Of a stretch of 64,000 nucleotides of DNA, positions 39,901 to 51,664 are shown piece after piece (positions within the stretch are counted from its first letter, which is position 1; every line of letters begins with the position of its first letter). Below the pieces are notes generated by a model. That model saw only the letters and a program-made list of their open reading frames with translations, was not told where the DNA came from and ran no database searches. Source of the stretch: Azolla caroliniana (lineage: Eukaryota > Plantae > Polypodiophyta); the NCBI GenBank assembly GCA_043228905.1, contig JBHGNT010000009.1, positions 21,142,001-21,206,000 on the forward strand. The letters are read 5' to 3'. Made by a program: the position numbers and the translations under genes.

Positions 39901-40585
39901 ATCGTGAAAATCACCATCGGCTCCACTATCTTTGGATCAATGCATCCGATCTCCCTCGATGTGAACGCGAATGCTTTGCAGTGTTGCTCCAACATCTCTC
40001 GAAACCGTTTTTCTTCTTCTTGTAAGAGGAACCCACCTCCACCGATCCGAAGTTTCTTCCGGGTCTCATCTGTGAAGGCATGTCCGATATCCACGGACTC
40101 CCGAAGTGTCGGATCTCCCGAGACTTCTTTCTTCTTTTGTTCGCTATCGGCGGGTAGTGGTCCCGCGGCCGGTTTCACCTTCTTCTCCACGGTCTTGTAT
40201 TTCGTACTTACCATTGCTTCTTCTTTGCGGAGCGCATCCGGCCCCATTTTCGCAACGATCTCGTACATCTCGACCGATTCCACCGGGACTACCCGGTTCC
40301 CTTGGCTTTTATCTTCCGCAAGCTCTTCAAGCCGTTGTAGTGTATTCCCATAGAACACTTCCTCGATCACTCCCACGATTTCTTCGTCTTCTTTTATTAT
40401 TGATGCCGACCGTAACTTATCCTCCACTTGTCGGTATTGTTTCTTCATTCCTCCGGTTACGGCCGTGTACGTAGATGCCCCATCCGGGCCGATTCGTACT
40501 TGTTTTGCTCCGAGAGTTTTCTTCCTGTGTGGGGTATCAGGGCTTCTCGGACTATCACTTCCCCACTCCGCAACAGTCCGCTTTA
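36981..40585 (-). pseudogene. pol (RT-RNase H-integrase) in the -1 frame relative to gag, one nonsense codon at 37764-37766
   Basis: LPQGATNS, FLDDIP, VDTSPTGIG, H..GH...C..C, DRGE, YNPEANGKIER; same frame resumes after the TGA. Confidence 0.9.
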
Positions 40586-42622
40586 AAAATCCATTCTCAC
40601 TTGGGACAAGAGTTCCCTCTTGTTCCTTTCGTGATTTGCCGGCACCGTTAGGAATTGGACGGATTTCCCTCCGTTTTGGCTCCGAATTCGCGCAAAAGCC
40701 GCACCACTATCGAGCACCTTCGTCTCCATCCGTGAAGCCGTGATAAAGGGTTGGCCGAGGATGACAGAATGTGAAACCTCATCCTGCACAAAGAAATTTT
40801 GGTCAATTTCGACATCCCCGATCTTTACCGTCACATCCGGACAAGCCGCAAATAGGTCTTCTGTCGTTTTCGTGGCTGCCCGAATCTTCCATCCATGGTT
40901 GGTGTTTATAGGCCACTTCCCCTTTCGGTAGAACTCCTTGGACATCAAGTTGATCTCCGATCCGTGATCAATCAATGCTAGCACGGGTTCTTTGATGTTG
41001 CCGATTCGGACCGGAGTCTCCGTAGTTGCACGTGCCCAGTGTGGCCTTGTATAGTGGGAGTTCGGAATTTCGCCTTCCACTTCGGTGTCGTTCATCGAAA
41101 CGGTATTTGCATTCACCCTTGGAGCATTTTCCTCCGTACTTTGTCTCTTCCTTTTCACGAGATCCACGAGAAGATCGTGAAACTCCTTCTTCGCTATTCC
41201 GAGTAGTTCCCGCAGCGAAAAATCTACCCGGCTATCCAAGATTCTTTCCTCGAACACTCTTTTCAAGTCGGTTTGTTGTTCTATGTCCGAGGCGAGCTTG
41301 AATGCCGGAGTCGCCTTTTCTTTTCCCTTACCTCCGGAGTTCCAGCTTTCCGGTATCTTCGATGGTCCGGCCGCATCCTCCGTGCGCCGTCGTTTCTCGT
41401 CCACATACACCTCATGTAATTGACACAGGGCGTATATGCTATTCTTGTCGACAGGGCACTCCCATCCCGTAGCTTCCCGGACGCCTTCCGCGGTGTTTCG
41501 GATATCGTTGGAGTCGGTTTTCTCGGTGTTTCCTAGCACCTCCGGCCAGAAAGACGCCTTCGCTCCCGATGACTCCCCGACACATATTCCCGCGGTTGTC
41601 GCATAGTTGCTTCTTGCCGCTAACTCCTCCTCGAGCACCTTCTTCATGCCGCCTTTCCGGAAGTTCGGTCGGAGTGGCTTCCGAGAGTCCATCGAATGAA
41701 TCCGGTTTCCCTCGTAGTAGATGAGATCCCGTCGTAGTGCCTCCTTATGGTCGTCGCAATCCCTCCGATCGTGTTCGGCGCAATCGCACCATATGCACCG
41801 TCGATCCGTATATTTGGAGCTTGTGGGGCGGTCATCCGACTTCTTCACCATCGCGATCTTTAGATTCTCCATCTCCTTCAGCAGCTGCTCCACCGTAGAC
41901 GCGTCGACTCCCTTCTCGGCCGTAATCTCCCGAGCCCTCGGTTGATGGTCTTCCAGTCCCGTTCTCGGTTTCGAAATCGGTTCCGAAACCCTCTTTTCTT
42001 CGTTGGCAAGCCATTGCCCCCTCTTCGTGTACCGCGCGACGATATCCCGCACGCTTTCCCATGTTTCGGTGAGGCCGCTTTCGGTGGTCGTGTCCTCAAG
42101 AAGCACTCCGAGATCTTTCCGGTCCCGGACGTCCACAGCTCGCAAAAACATGATGACTTTGTCCGGTGCAAGAATAGTTTGATCTCTCGCGGACAACCTC
42201 CCGAACCGACTTTCGAATGTCGAAAACACTTCGAGGACCTTCAGCCCCTTACCTGACGTTTCCACCCAATCCTCGAATCCCCTCCGCGTTGCCTTGGAGG
42301 AGTCCTCGATGGCGAACGTGGTCTTTAACGCCTCTTCGAATGCTTCCCACGTCGGATTTTGTTGTTGCAACTCGTGGATACTCCCTTGAAGCCCGTCGGT
42401 CGCCACCCGGTTAAAGGATGTCACTTGCAGTCCTTCCGAAGCCCGGCACCGGAGCATCTCCGCCTTGTAGTCCTGCAAATATCGCGACACATCCTTACCA
42501 TTAAATTGCCCGTTGCGTTGCACGAGCCGCTCTACTGATGCCGAAATCTCCGACATCGTGCGTTGTTCTTGAAGCATCCGTTCGAACATCGCCATCATAT
42601 TGTTAGCTTGTTGAGCCTCCAT
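40583..42622 (-). CDS. gag-protease, 679 aa
   Basis: CIWCDCAEHDRRDC knuckle and protease ALIDHGSEINLM. Confidence 0.9.
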   Translation of the reverse strand: MEAQQANNMMAMFERMLQEQRTMSEISASVERLVQRNGQFNGKDVSRYLQDYKAEMLRCRASEGLQVTSFNRVATDGLQGSIHELQQQNPTWEAFEEALKTTFAIEDSSKATRRGFEDWVETSGKGLKVLEVFSTFESRFGRLSARDQTILAPDKVIMFLRAVDVRDRKDLGVLLEDTTTESGLTETWESVRDIVARYTKRGQWLANEEKRVSEPISKPRTGLEDHQPRAREITAEKGVDASTVEQLLKEMENLKIAMVKKSDDRPTSSKYTDRRCIWCDCAEHDRRDCDDHKEALRRDLIYYEGNRIHSMDSRKPLRPNFRKGGMKKVLEEELAARSNYATTAGICVGESSGAKASFWPEVLGNTEKTDSNDIRNTAEGVREATGWECPVDKNSIYALCQLHEVYVDEKRRRTEDAAGPSKIPESWNSGGKGKEKATPAFKLASDIEQQTDLKRVFEERILDSRVDFSLRELLGIAKKEFHDLLVDLVKRKRQSTEENAPRVNANTVSMNDTEVEGEIPNSHYTRPHWARATTETPVRIGNIKEPVLALIDHGSEINLMSKEFYRKGKWPINTNHGWKIRAATKTTEDLFAACPDVTVKIGDVEIDQNFFVQDEVSHSVILGQPFITASRMETKVLDSGAAFARIRSQNGGKSVQFLTVPANHERNKRELLSQVRMDF

Positions 42623-45600
42623 CTCCTTGCCACCCGTGTTTCACGTCGGGTTCACCAACTGTGTCGTGCCTTTCGGCTCCGGATCGTTGCGTGAGTCGGG
42701 TGGGAACCACAGAGGTCTTGGACTAGGAGAAAGGAGTTCGTGAGATAGAGATTAATTATGAGTAAATAGCAAAGAGAAAGATAAGAAACTCGTGAATCAC
42801 ACGAGTATACTATATTAATTGGTACTTAGGGTGTTAAGAGAGAAGTAGATGTATAAATAGTGAATCCCACGAATAATTTTTGTATTGATTAATTCTTAAT
42901 CCAAAAAAAAGCTAAGCATGGCTTCATGCTTTTTTTTTTTACAAAAAGTGTTCATGTCCCCTAAAAATGTGCATGTGATGCTTTTTTATTTCCTAAGTAT
43001 AGGGCTCATGCACGCTAGATGTGCATGAGTTATTTTTAGTGTCTCGTGTTTTTTCTTTTTCATATATTAAAGAAATACACGATCTACCTTTTAATAAAGG
43101 TATGCATAAATAAAGGTCTTATACATATTAAATCTATATTTAAAACACTTAAGATAAATTAATGTAATGGTAAGGTTGAGGTTTGTCAACGTGGAGGTGC
43201 AGAGTTCAAATCACGCCCTGCGCAGTAGTGAGTATTTCCTTCTTTTTTACATTTATGTCTCTTTATCCGGCTCTTCCTTGCCGGTATGCCGTTTTCTTCC
43301 TTAACGGCATGCCGTTTTTCCTCCTTGCCGGTATGCCGTTTTTCCTCCTTGCCGGTATTCCGTTTTCCTCCTTGCCGGTATGCCGTTTTCTTCCGGTTCT
43401 CACCGAGCACTCCATTCTCTATCCGGAGGGACAAAAATATAATTTCCGCATAGTGTGCAACCTACACTACGACAACGTTTTGGTGGTAAAGTAAGCGGCA
43501 ATTCGTTAGGAAACATGTCTTGAAAATCATCTAAAATAGAGTCGAGTAATCGTTTTTCATAATGTGGTAATGGTGTGGCGTCAATATTAAAATAATAAAA
43601 TTGAAGCGCAAGATCAATTATACACGAATAAATTAATGAACCAGAATACCCACTTAAAGATTTAGAAGACACAAGTGAACGAGAAGGAAGTTTGGAACAT
43701 TGAATAAAATGTTTACAATTATTAAGTTCAAATGTGATTGAGTGATTAACCCAATCAATGGACAAAGAAGGGTTTTTATTAAAAAACCAAGGGTATCCTA
43801 AAATGACATCTGCGTATTATAGTTTCATAACATGAAAGTCAATCTTCTCCAAATAAGTATCTATTTGAATTGGCAGTTGACAAACAATGTCACTGATGTA
43901 TTGAAGGCTTCCATTTGCCATGTGAACTTGATAGATATGATCACTTGTGTTTATGTGGAGTTCCATTTGCTGCACAAAGTGATCGTTAAGAAAATTGTGA
44001 GAACTACCGGAATCAAACAAGAAATGTGTTTGTGTTCCATTGATATACCTAACTGCTCGGAGTAAATCATTAGGTCCAAGTAAATGTGAAGGAAAAGTGC
44101 ATTCACATGAACTTAAGTGGTTGGTATGAACTTCAACAACATCAAAAGACTCACCTGTGTGACTCGTAGATTTGTCTTGAGGAGGGGTGTTCATTGACTT
44201 CCTCTCAAGACGACAACAAGTATCCTTTGTGTGGCCTCGCTTCTTGCAATATGCACAGAAGAGGTTCAGTTTCTTGGACTCACGGTCAAGAGTGTCACTG
44301 GATTGCTTACGTTTCCCAATGAACTTGACATTCGGAGTTTTGGCGAACTCAGGTTTATTGTGGTCTTTCTTGGAAGCCCTATGGTACCGAAGTACAATGC
44401 TGACGGCTTCCTCGAAAGTTGTGGGGTCCTTGTCATGGACAATCCAATGGTAATCCCCATTGGGAATACCATTCAAATAGCAAGCAACAAATCATTTCTC
44501 ACCCATAAGTCCCGATTTTTGGATCTGGGCCCGAGCATGATGCACATAATCCTCGAGAGAGGTAATGGCTTACTCGACAATGTGAGCAAGTGCTGCGCTT
44601 GTTCAGTTTGAGAAGGTGGCTGCAAAAACTATTTCTTAAAAACATCAACAAAAGCTTCCTAAATTGTGGGTAAGTTCTTTGCAATCCTTAGGCCGCACCA
44701 CCAAACAACAGCCCGGCCACCTAACTCACGACCGACATAACCAATTTTTACAGCATTGGGATTGGGGAGGAGCTCAAAGTTAGACTCCCAACGACCAAAC
44801 CAAGTGCCAATGGCCTCCTCGGTTCTTTCTTTCTTATCTCCCTTGAATGGCGTTACTACGAAAGAAGGTTCACCTTCTTTCTTGGACTCAATAGTCAATT
44901 CTTGGAATTTCTTTTCCAATGCCATATTGGCTTGCCTCATTTCGGCTAATTGATTCAAGGTAGTAGTGAGCAATTGCTCAATAGTGATCTCAACTTGTGT
45001 GCGAGATGCGGATTGGAGTTGAGAGGTCTCGATCGAAGAGATCGCTCCAACAACGTTCAAAACTTCTTCCATGATGCAAGTTGTGGGTATGCAATATAAA
45101 TAAGGAGGTTTAGAAAATACACAAGCAAAATGAATGCTTTAAATTTTGATTGTAAGAACTTTACCAAGAAAGCATCTCACGTCTTTACCCCTCTAGACAT
45201 ATGAGATGTGATTCGAGATCCGATAACTATGGTAACACTATGGTGTTTTAAAAACCATGGGAGAAAACATAGCTAAGATGTCTTTCTCGGATCTCTATCT
45301 TGAATAATCATGGCGGCTCCCCGAGGCTCAACCATGGTTCTAACATCAATGTAGTTTCCTAGTTAGCCATATATATTAGAATGCCAACCCAAGATGTATT
45401 GATATGGTCGAGAAAGTGTATTACGTGAAAAAACAAGTGCACTCCCAAGTAATATTCTAGTCTTGCGAGTAGCAAGCAAATGTTATGAAAAAAACGATAA
45501 AATAAGGCACTACCCATAAAAATCAAGCAGTGACGAAAACAAGGGTCAAAAAACCCATGTGTTGCCTACTAAAAAAAATGTCACAAATAAATGGATGGTG

Positions 45601-47196
45601 CGAGATATGCACATATACATCCCAATATGGTGGTTGTAATTTGCACAATTGTGACATAAGCCACAAATTGATACAAGTGGTGGTGGTGTTGTGCGCAAAG
45701 CCACATCAATAAGGGAACTCATGTGGTTTTACTCGAGTTCTAAGGCTCAATAATATGAGTTAAACCTAGATGAGCCGTTGGAAAAAATCGTTCAAAAAAC
45801 GGCATGATGCCCACTCAATATTAAAAAATAGTCTAAACATGAATCGTTACACCATTAAACGTACATAAATAGTGTAGATGAACTTAAAATAAGGGCGAGA
45901 AAGAGAGTTAATTGTGGGCGGGTAAATGACAATTACTAGAAAATCATACAAAAGTGAAACGAAAATTTGTGTAATTAGAAATTAATTAGAATAATAATCA
46001 ATTAGGTGTATGGAACATTAAGCATGCCTTAAGGTACGAAACCTTAGAGTAGTCGACATGCACCTCCTCAAGATCACCACATATCCCTAGAATCGGCCAA
46101 TAAAGAGTAAAGTGATGGCTCAATAAAGAGTAAAATGACATAGGTAAGCGGCATATACCTCGTCAAGACCACAACATCCCATAGAATCGGCCAAGTGATA
46201 GCTGAATAGAGAGTAGAGTGACATAGGTAGGCGACACACACCTCGTCATAGCCACAACATCCCATAGACTCGGCCAAGTGATGGCTAAATAGAGGGAAGA
46301 GTGGCATACTCAACATCATATGCAAAAGGGTCGTGAGGTGAGCGTGTGCGATTAGAACAAACACGCTTGACCCAATGCACAACAATAATTAATATCGTAA
46401 GAGAAGGCTCAAGACAGGGGAGCATAAGAGATACATCGCAATATACAAAAGGGCCATGAGTTGAGCGTGCGCGATTAGTGCAAACACGCTCAGCCCGATG
46501 CACAATAATAATTAAAATCTTATCGTGGTAGAAAGAAGAAAGAAAAGAAAAGAAAATGCAATACAAATTTGATTCGACCAACAAGAACGCATCATAGAAA
46601 GAAGAAAGATCGAGAAAGAAGAATACCGGGTTTAGAGTGTTATTTTGATCTTGAGAACAGCATGACGAGCCTTGTTAGATCCTCATCACTCACACGCGAA
46701 AAAGATCAAAACAACAAAAAAATTTGTTAGTAATAGCTCTGATACCATTGTTAAGAGTCTATTACTAAACAATAGACCAAAGTAAAGTAAAAGAAGGAAA
46801 ATAGATTGGATAGAAGAACCCGTTCCACCCGACCACCCCCGAGCTATGATCTAGACATAGCCAACCTACCACTGACGTCCCATACCGCCGAATATTAGGA
46901 TGACTAATACCTTGGAATAGATAAACATGATCGTCGAGATGAAAGCCTAGACTGCACCACCGGTGTCTAAGACTGCAGCCTTTCGACGTAATGTCCTTAT
47001 GAGGGTAGCTAAGCCCCATATTTATACCTTTTCCTAGGCCCCTTGAATAGATGTGCCTTTCTTAAAGGCACTCTATTCATTGGTTGTCCAAATCATGATA
47101 GTGCATGCACCTATCATTCCATCTATCCAATCATTAGTCCCTTCACAAATGTAAATATTAGTGACCTACCCTCACCAACGTTATGTGTACATAACA

Positions 47197-49260
47197 CACA
47201 CAGTCCCCTTTCGGTGGACGGAACGGGAGGACAAGGCCCATCAATCACTTAAAGTAATGCTTTCCCGTGCTCCAATAGTCCAACGTCCGAATTGGGCATA
47301 GCCCTTTCACGTATTCGTAGATGCATCCGACATCGCCATTGGCAGCACTTTAATGCAGAAAACTCCCCCGAATTGGTATCGCACCGTTTACTACACTATC
47401 TGACGTCTCTCGGCAGCGGAAAGGAATTACTCCACCACAGAACGTGAAGTGCTTGGCATGATATATAGTATCACTAAGTTCCGACACTATCTGCTCGGCC
47501 GAAAATTCACTTTCCACGTGGATCATTCGGCATTGTTGTATCTTGTTCATAAACAAACCCTAACTGGTTGCTTAGCACGGTGGATGCTACTCCTTCAAGA
47601 GTTTGATTTCGATATCCAACACCAACCAAGGGTCCAACATGCGATAGCCGATTATCTTAGTCGGTTAGAATCTAGGGAACCCATGGAACAGGAATACGAT
47701 GATTTACCAGACGCATCCCTCTTCTCCATCGACACAAAGTCCACCGATCCCGAAGACATTTGGATCATGGAAATGACACACTTCTTGAGTATTGGCCTTC
47801 CATCGAACTATCTCACGCTCGATGCTAAAAAACGGCTAGCAGTCCAAAGCCGAAATTTTGTGTTTATTTTCGAATACTTTGTATCACAAAGGCTCGGACG
47901 GCATCTGGAGACGCGCAGTCTGAAAATTCAAGAAGGATGTCATACTCCACGATGCGCATCAAGGAATTGTGGGCACCCATTACGCAGGAGACACCACAAC
48001 AAAAAAAATCTGGCAAAGCGAGCTATGGTGGCCGACTACGAAAAAAGACACTCATAACTTTTGCAAACAATGCGACCTTTGCCAACGGATGGGACAGCCC
48101 AGCGAACGCGACCGCATGCCACACCAACCAATCCTTCCCTTGGAACCTTTCCAAAAGTGGGGATTGGATTTCGTGGGTCCCTTTAAACCTCCCGCCACAT
48201 GCACGAGTAGCAAATACATCCTCGTGGCGACCGATTATTACACGAAATGGGTCGAAGCGAAAGGTCTTCGAGATAACACGACCATGTCCACTGCAAAATT
48301 CATCTACGAAAACTTATGGTGCCATTTCGGGTGTCCCATCGAACTGGTGAGTGATCAGGGAGGCCACTTCGTCAATCAAATCATATGCGAATTAACCTCA
48401 CATTACGTTGTCGTGAAGATTTCCGGCTACGGTGAGAAACCGAGAGGGACAAATAAAATGGGGATGTGCAACATTGCACATGCACTTGTAAATTTGTGTA
48501 ATAAGAATAAGTAAACAAAATGTAATGGGAAGGGTAATAATCTAAGGTGCTAAAGGTGCACCACTAAGTTCGTAGAGGCATAAATGTGATGTGCACTTTG
48601 TAGAGTAGAATGAATAGTGGGCATTGAGAGTGAATGTGATAGGAGAGAGAGAGAGTTAAGGCCCACCGATTTAAGATCAAGGGAGATACTCCCCATTAAA
48701 TGAAAGGGGATTTGACTCCCTCTTGTAATGTGCTCACCCCTTACTACTATAAAAGGGAGTGAGGGGTCACTTGTGAAGGGGTTGCCTATTTTGGAGTGTG
48801 AAAGGTATACCACATAGTTCTAGGGTTCTTCTTCTTCCCATTTCAGTTTAGGGTTAGGGTTCCTTATTCATCTTCTTTACTTTACTTATCCGGTTAAGGT
48901 TTCTTGTAGTCGTTGGGTTTTGGCCTATGCCGCCATGGTTGTATTCGTTTGTGTTTTCTTAATATAACTTGTTGAGTATTTTGCCTCCATCCATCTCTTG
49001 TTCAATCTTCATGTCATATTCATTCTCCTCTCCTCTTGAGCTAGGCTTCCGTTTCGTGTCTTATTCCTTCTCCTCAACTCCCTAGTTCAAGATCCCTACG
49101 GTCCCACCTCGGATCCTACACGCGATCACGGAATATCACGACAACACAATGGTACATAAGAAAAGCACCCCGTACTACCCCCAAGCCAATGGTCTTGTCG
49201 AGTCAACAAATAAAACCCAACCTCATGACCAGGACCAAACCATGGTAGGTGACACCGAAG
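47197..49260 (+). mobile_element. Old gypsy element W, RNase H-integrase remnant
   Basis: [38 protein letters not shown]; interrupted by a solo LTR. Confidence 0.88.
48409..49143 (+). mobile_element. Solo LTR
   Basis: TGTCGTG...CACGACA termini; flanks ACGT/ACAC fit a decayed 4-bp TSD. Confidence 0.8.
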
Positions 49261-49905
49261 ATTTCGGGGGCACCACGCCCCAATCACAGTAATTTTTTCA
49301 CCTACCGGCCACATGTATACAATTATGGGAAAAAAAAAATCCACTCACTATTTAAGGACGAGGCAAGCCACACGAGAAAAGAAAGTACAAACAGTTCACA
49401 CGACGTGTGGCCTTAACTATCAGTATGGCAGGAAAGATTCTCAATCTAGGGCACAAGGGCACGTCTTGAGAACTGAGGCATTCACATAAAAGATGCAACT
49501 ATAGCCATAGCGACCACAATCATTTTGCTCTAACCTCCTATCACTCTCTTACTCTCTGTAACCTACCTCCCTCTCGCTCTCCATCTCCACAGCCTTCTGA
49601 GTTTTCTGATCACAACATGTCGATCGAAGTATTTAAGGAGCTCCGCACCTGGATAACCAGACACGGCTTAACAGGTTATCTCAACATCCTCGAAGCACCT
49701 GCTCACCCCTAAGTATTTGATGTATTCTACATATTTAATAAGTATTTAACATTTGCAGAAAGTTTTAAACAATTTTTGAAAAAATAATTTTAAATTATAA
49801 GAAGTGTTTAACGTATCTTACACTTATTCTACATATTTATCTGTGCATAGTTCTACTTATTTCCATTTCAGATAGTTGGGAACTACAACGGGTTGGCTGC
49901 CAACC

Positions 49906-50100
49906 TTTTTTTTTCCCCAAAAAAACTCCTTCCATTAGTAATAAAATTTTACAAATGAGACTATTATATACAAATCCCTGTAGGGACACGATAGTTCCAT
50001 CTTATGTGGATGCCCACTGACTCAAGAAAGGGAGAGGACGACCATTGTTGGATGAAGGCTATTCGTTGTCTTTCAACTCCATCGGAGCCGCCCTTGAGGC
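49906..50100 (-). mobile_element. 5'-truncated non-LTR retroelement (LINE/SINE tail)
   Basis: Poly(T) at 49906 and 10-bp TSD GCTGCCAACC at 49896-49905 and 50101-50110. Confidence 0.72.
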
Positions 50101-51664
50101 GCTGCCAACCAATTTTAGTTCGATACTTGGGAATAGATGATCATAAATAAAGATCTCAAATGTTTGTTGATGGAAACAAATCAAATGAATGGATTTGTGC
50201 CAACATCCTTTCACTAATTGTACTAACTTAATTAGGACAATTTGTTAAGGATTCCCCTTAAATGATATACCACAAGAATATGACGTATTTGTCTACAAGA
50301 CTTGCATATCTACCCATAACCTGGCTTGATCAATGTACGAATCTCTTATCTTTAGAGGAATAGGAAATATTTGAAGGTTACAATGGAAACTCCTTCATAA
50401 ATTGTGCTTGCAACAGAAAAGCATGTCTGATTAAGAAAAGTGATGCAAAGAAGTTATCGCAAAAGTGTTGAATCAAGCATGATGTGAAGGATACTCTTCC
50501 TAACTCATCTTTACCTCTGTCCTACTTTAATTTAATAACAAACAAATCCCAATAATGTTATAAAATGGATCATTCTGGAAAAAACACTAGTATACTATGT
50601 TATAGAAACCCCTTCAAAAAGTTTATTTCCTCAACTATAATGAATCCAATAAAGAACATATTCAAATGTCACAATCCATACATCTATCCATTGATGCAAA
50701 TAATGCATCATCTATAGCACCAAAAGGACACAATAAAAAGGGCAAGACAATAATAATCAAAGCCAATCAAATAATGTAATGTCATTTTGCTAGGAAAATA
50801 GTGTTGTACATACAAGTTACTTTCGTAAAGATGTGTTTTTATGAGAAAAATATGTGCACATCATGAGCTTCATTGTATAATCATCTTTGAATTGCATCGT
50901 TTTCAACCCTTGGGTTGTGGATTGTGGATTTGTAAAACTAGTTTTTTGACGTGAAAAGTGATGTGTACCACCATATGTTGAACCCAAAAAACTTGAATTT
51001 TACGACGAACATTTAAGCATAACATCAGACACATTACATTCGACTTGAACTCGCATCGTAAGCTCATAAAGCATAATAGTTGCCTCTACCTATATGTTTA
51101 ATGTGAATGCTTGGACATTGTGATTTAGAACATAATATCATGGTCTTTTAGGGTTCGCTCCCCATCCGTGCTGTGTTTAGGGTATGCATTAAGCCTCTGA
51201 GTGGGTACACATCCACGCATTTGCATTAAAAGTGTCCATCCAATGTGTGTGTTAAGGTCACCATATTAGGCTATCTTGTGGTTATTCTCATCTATGATGT
51301 TCCGATAATCAAATTCGACACAAGTCTTCAGTGTTCTCTTCGACTCTTTTCACACATGGTGTCACTTCCTCGACACTATCGGTTGGGAGGAACACTTCTC
51401 GTGTGGCCTACATGACATGAGATACAGATGAAGTGGCAAAGGAAATGTATTGAGTAAGAGTAAATATAGGTCACATACCACACCAAACATGTGTTAGGTT
51501 ACAGTCATTAAGATAAAAAGAGATTATAATTAGCAACTAATCATCCGAATCTCTATTAGGTTAAGTTAATTGCTCGTGATTAGTGAAAGGAGAAGCGTAA
51601 TGAAATAATCATTGGAGAAACTGGTTTAGAACCTCATGAACCAATCCGGAATTCCTCGGTTTGG

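Larger units (their letters stand above)
36133..43474 (-). mobile_element. Near full-length Ty3/gypsy element, family X
   Basis: LTRs 36133-36993 and 42662-43474, 4-bp TSD ACGT (removal restores host frame LPPKRNVDHQI), tRNA-Trp PBS 42641-42657, PPT 36994-37005. Confidence 0.95.
33841..47196 (-). mobile_element. Chromovirus-type Ty3/gypsy element Z, degenerate, with nested element X
   Basis: LTRs 33841-34288 and 46749-47196, TSD CACAC, tRNA-iMet PBS (GCTCTGATACCA 46736-46747), PPT ~34289-34302. gag/PR 43475-45072, RT/INT 34528-36132, chromodomain-like IKWMDKPIDDATWE ~34330-34420. Confidence 0.92.

Noticed and set aside
42641-42657. tRNA-Trp gene
   Set aside because: Only the 3' 17 nt including CCA, next to an LTR; it is a primer-binding site.
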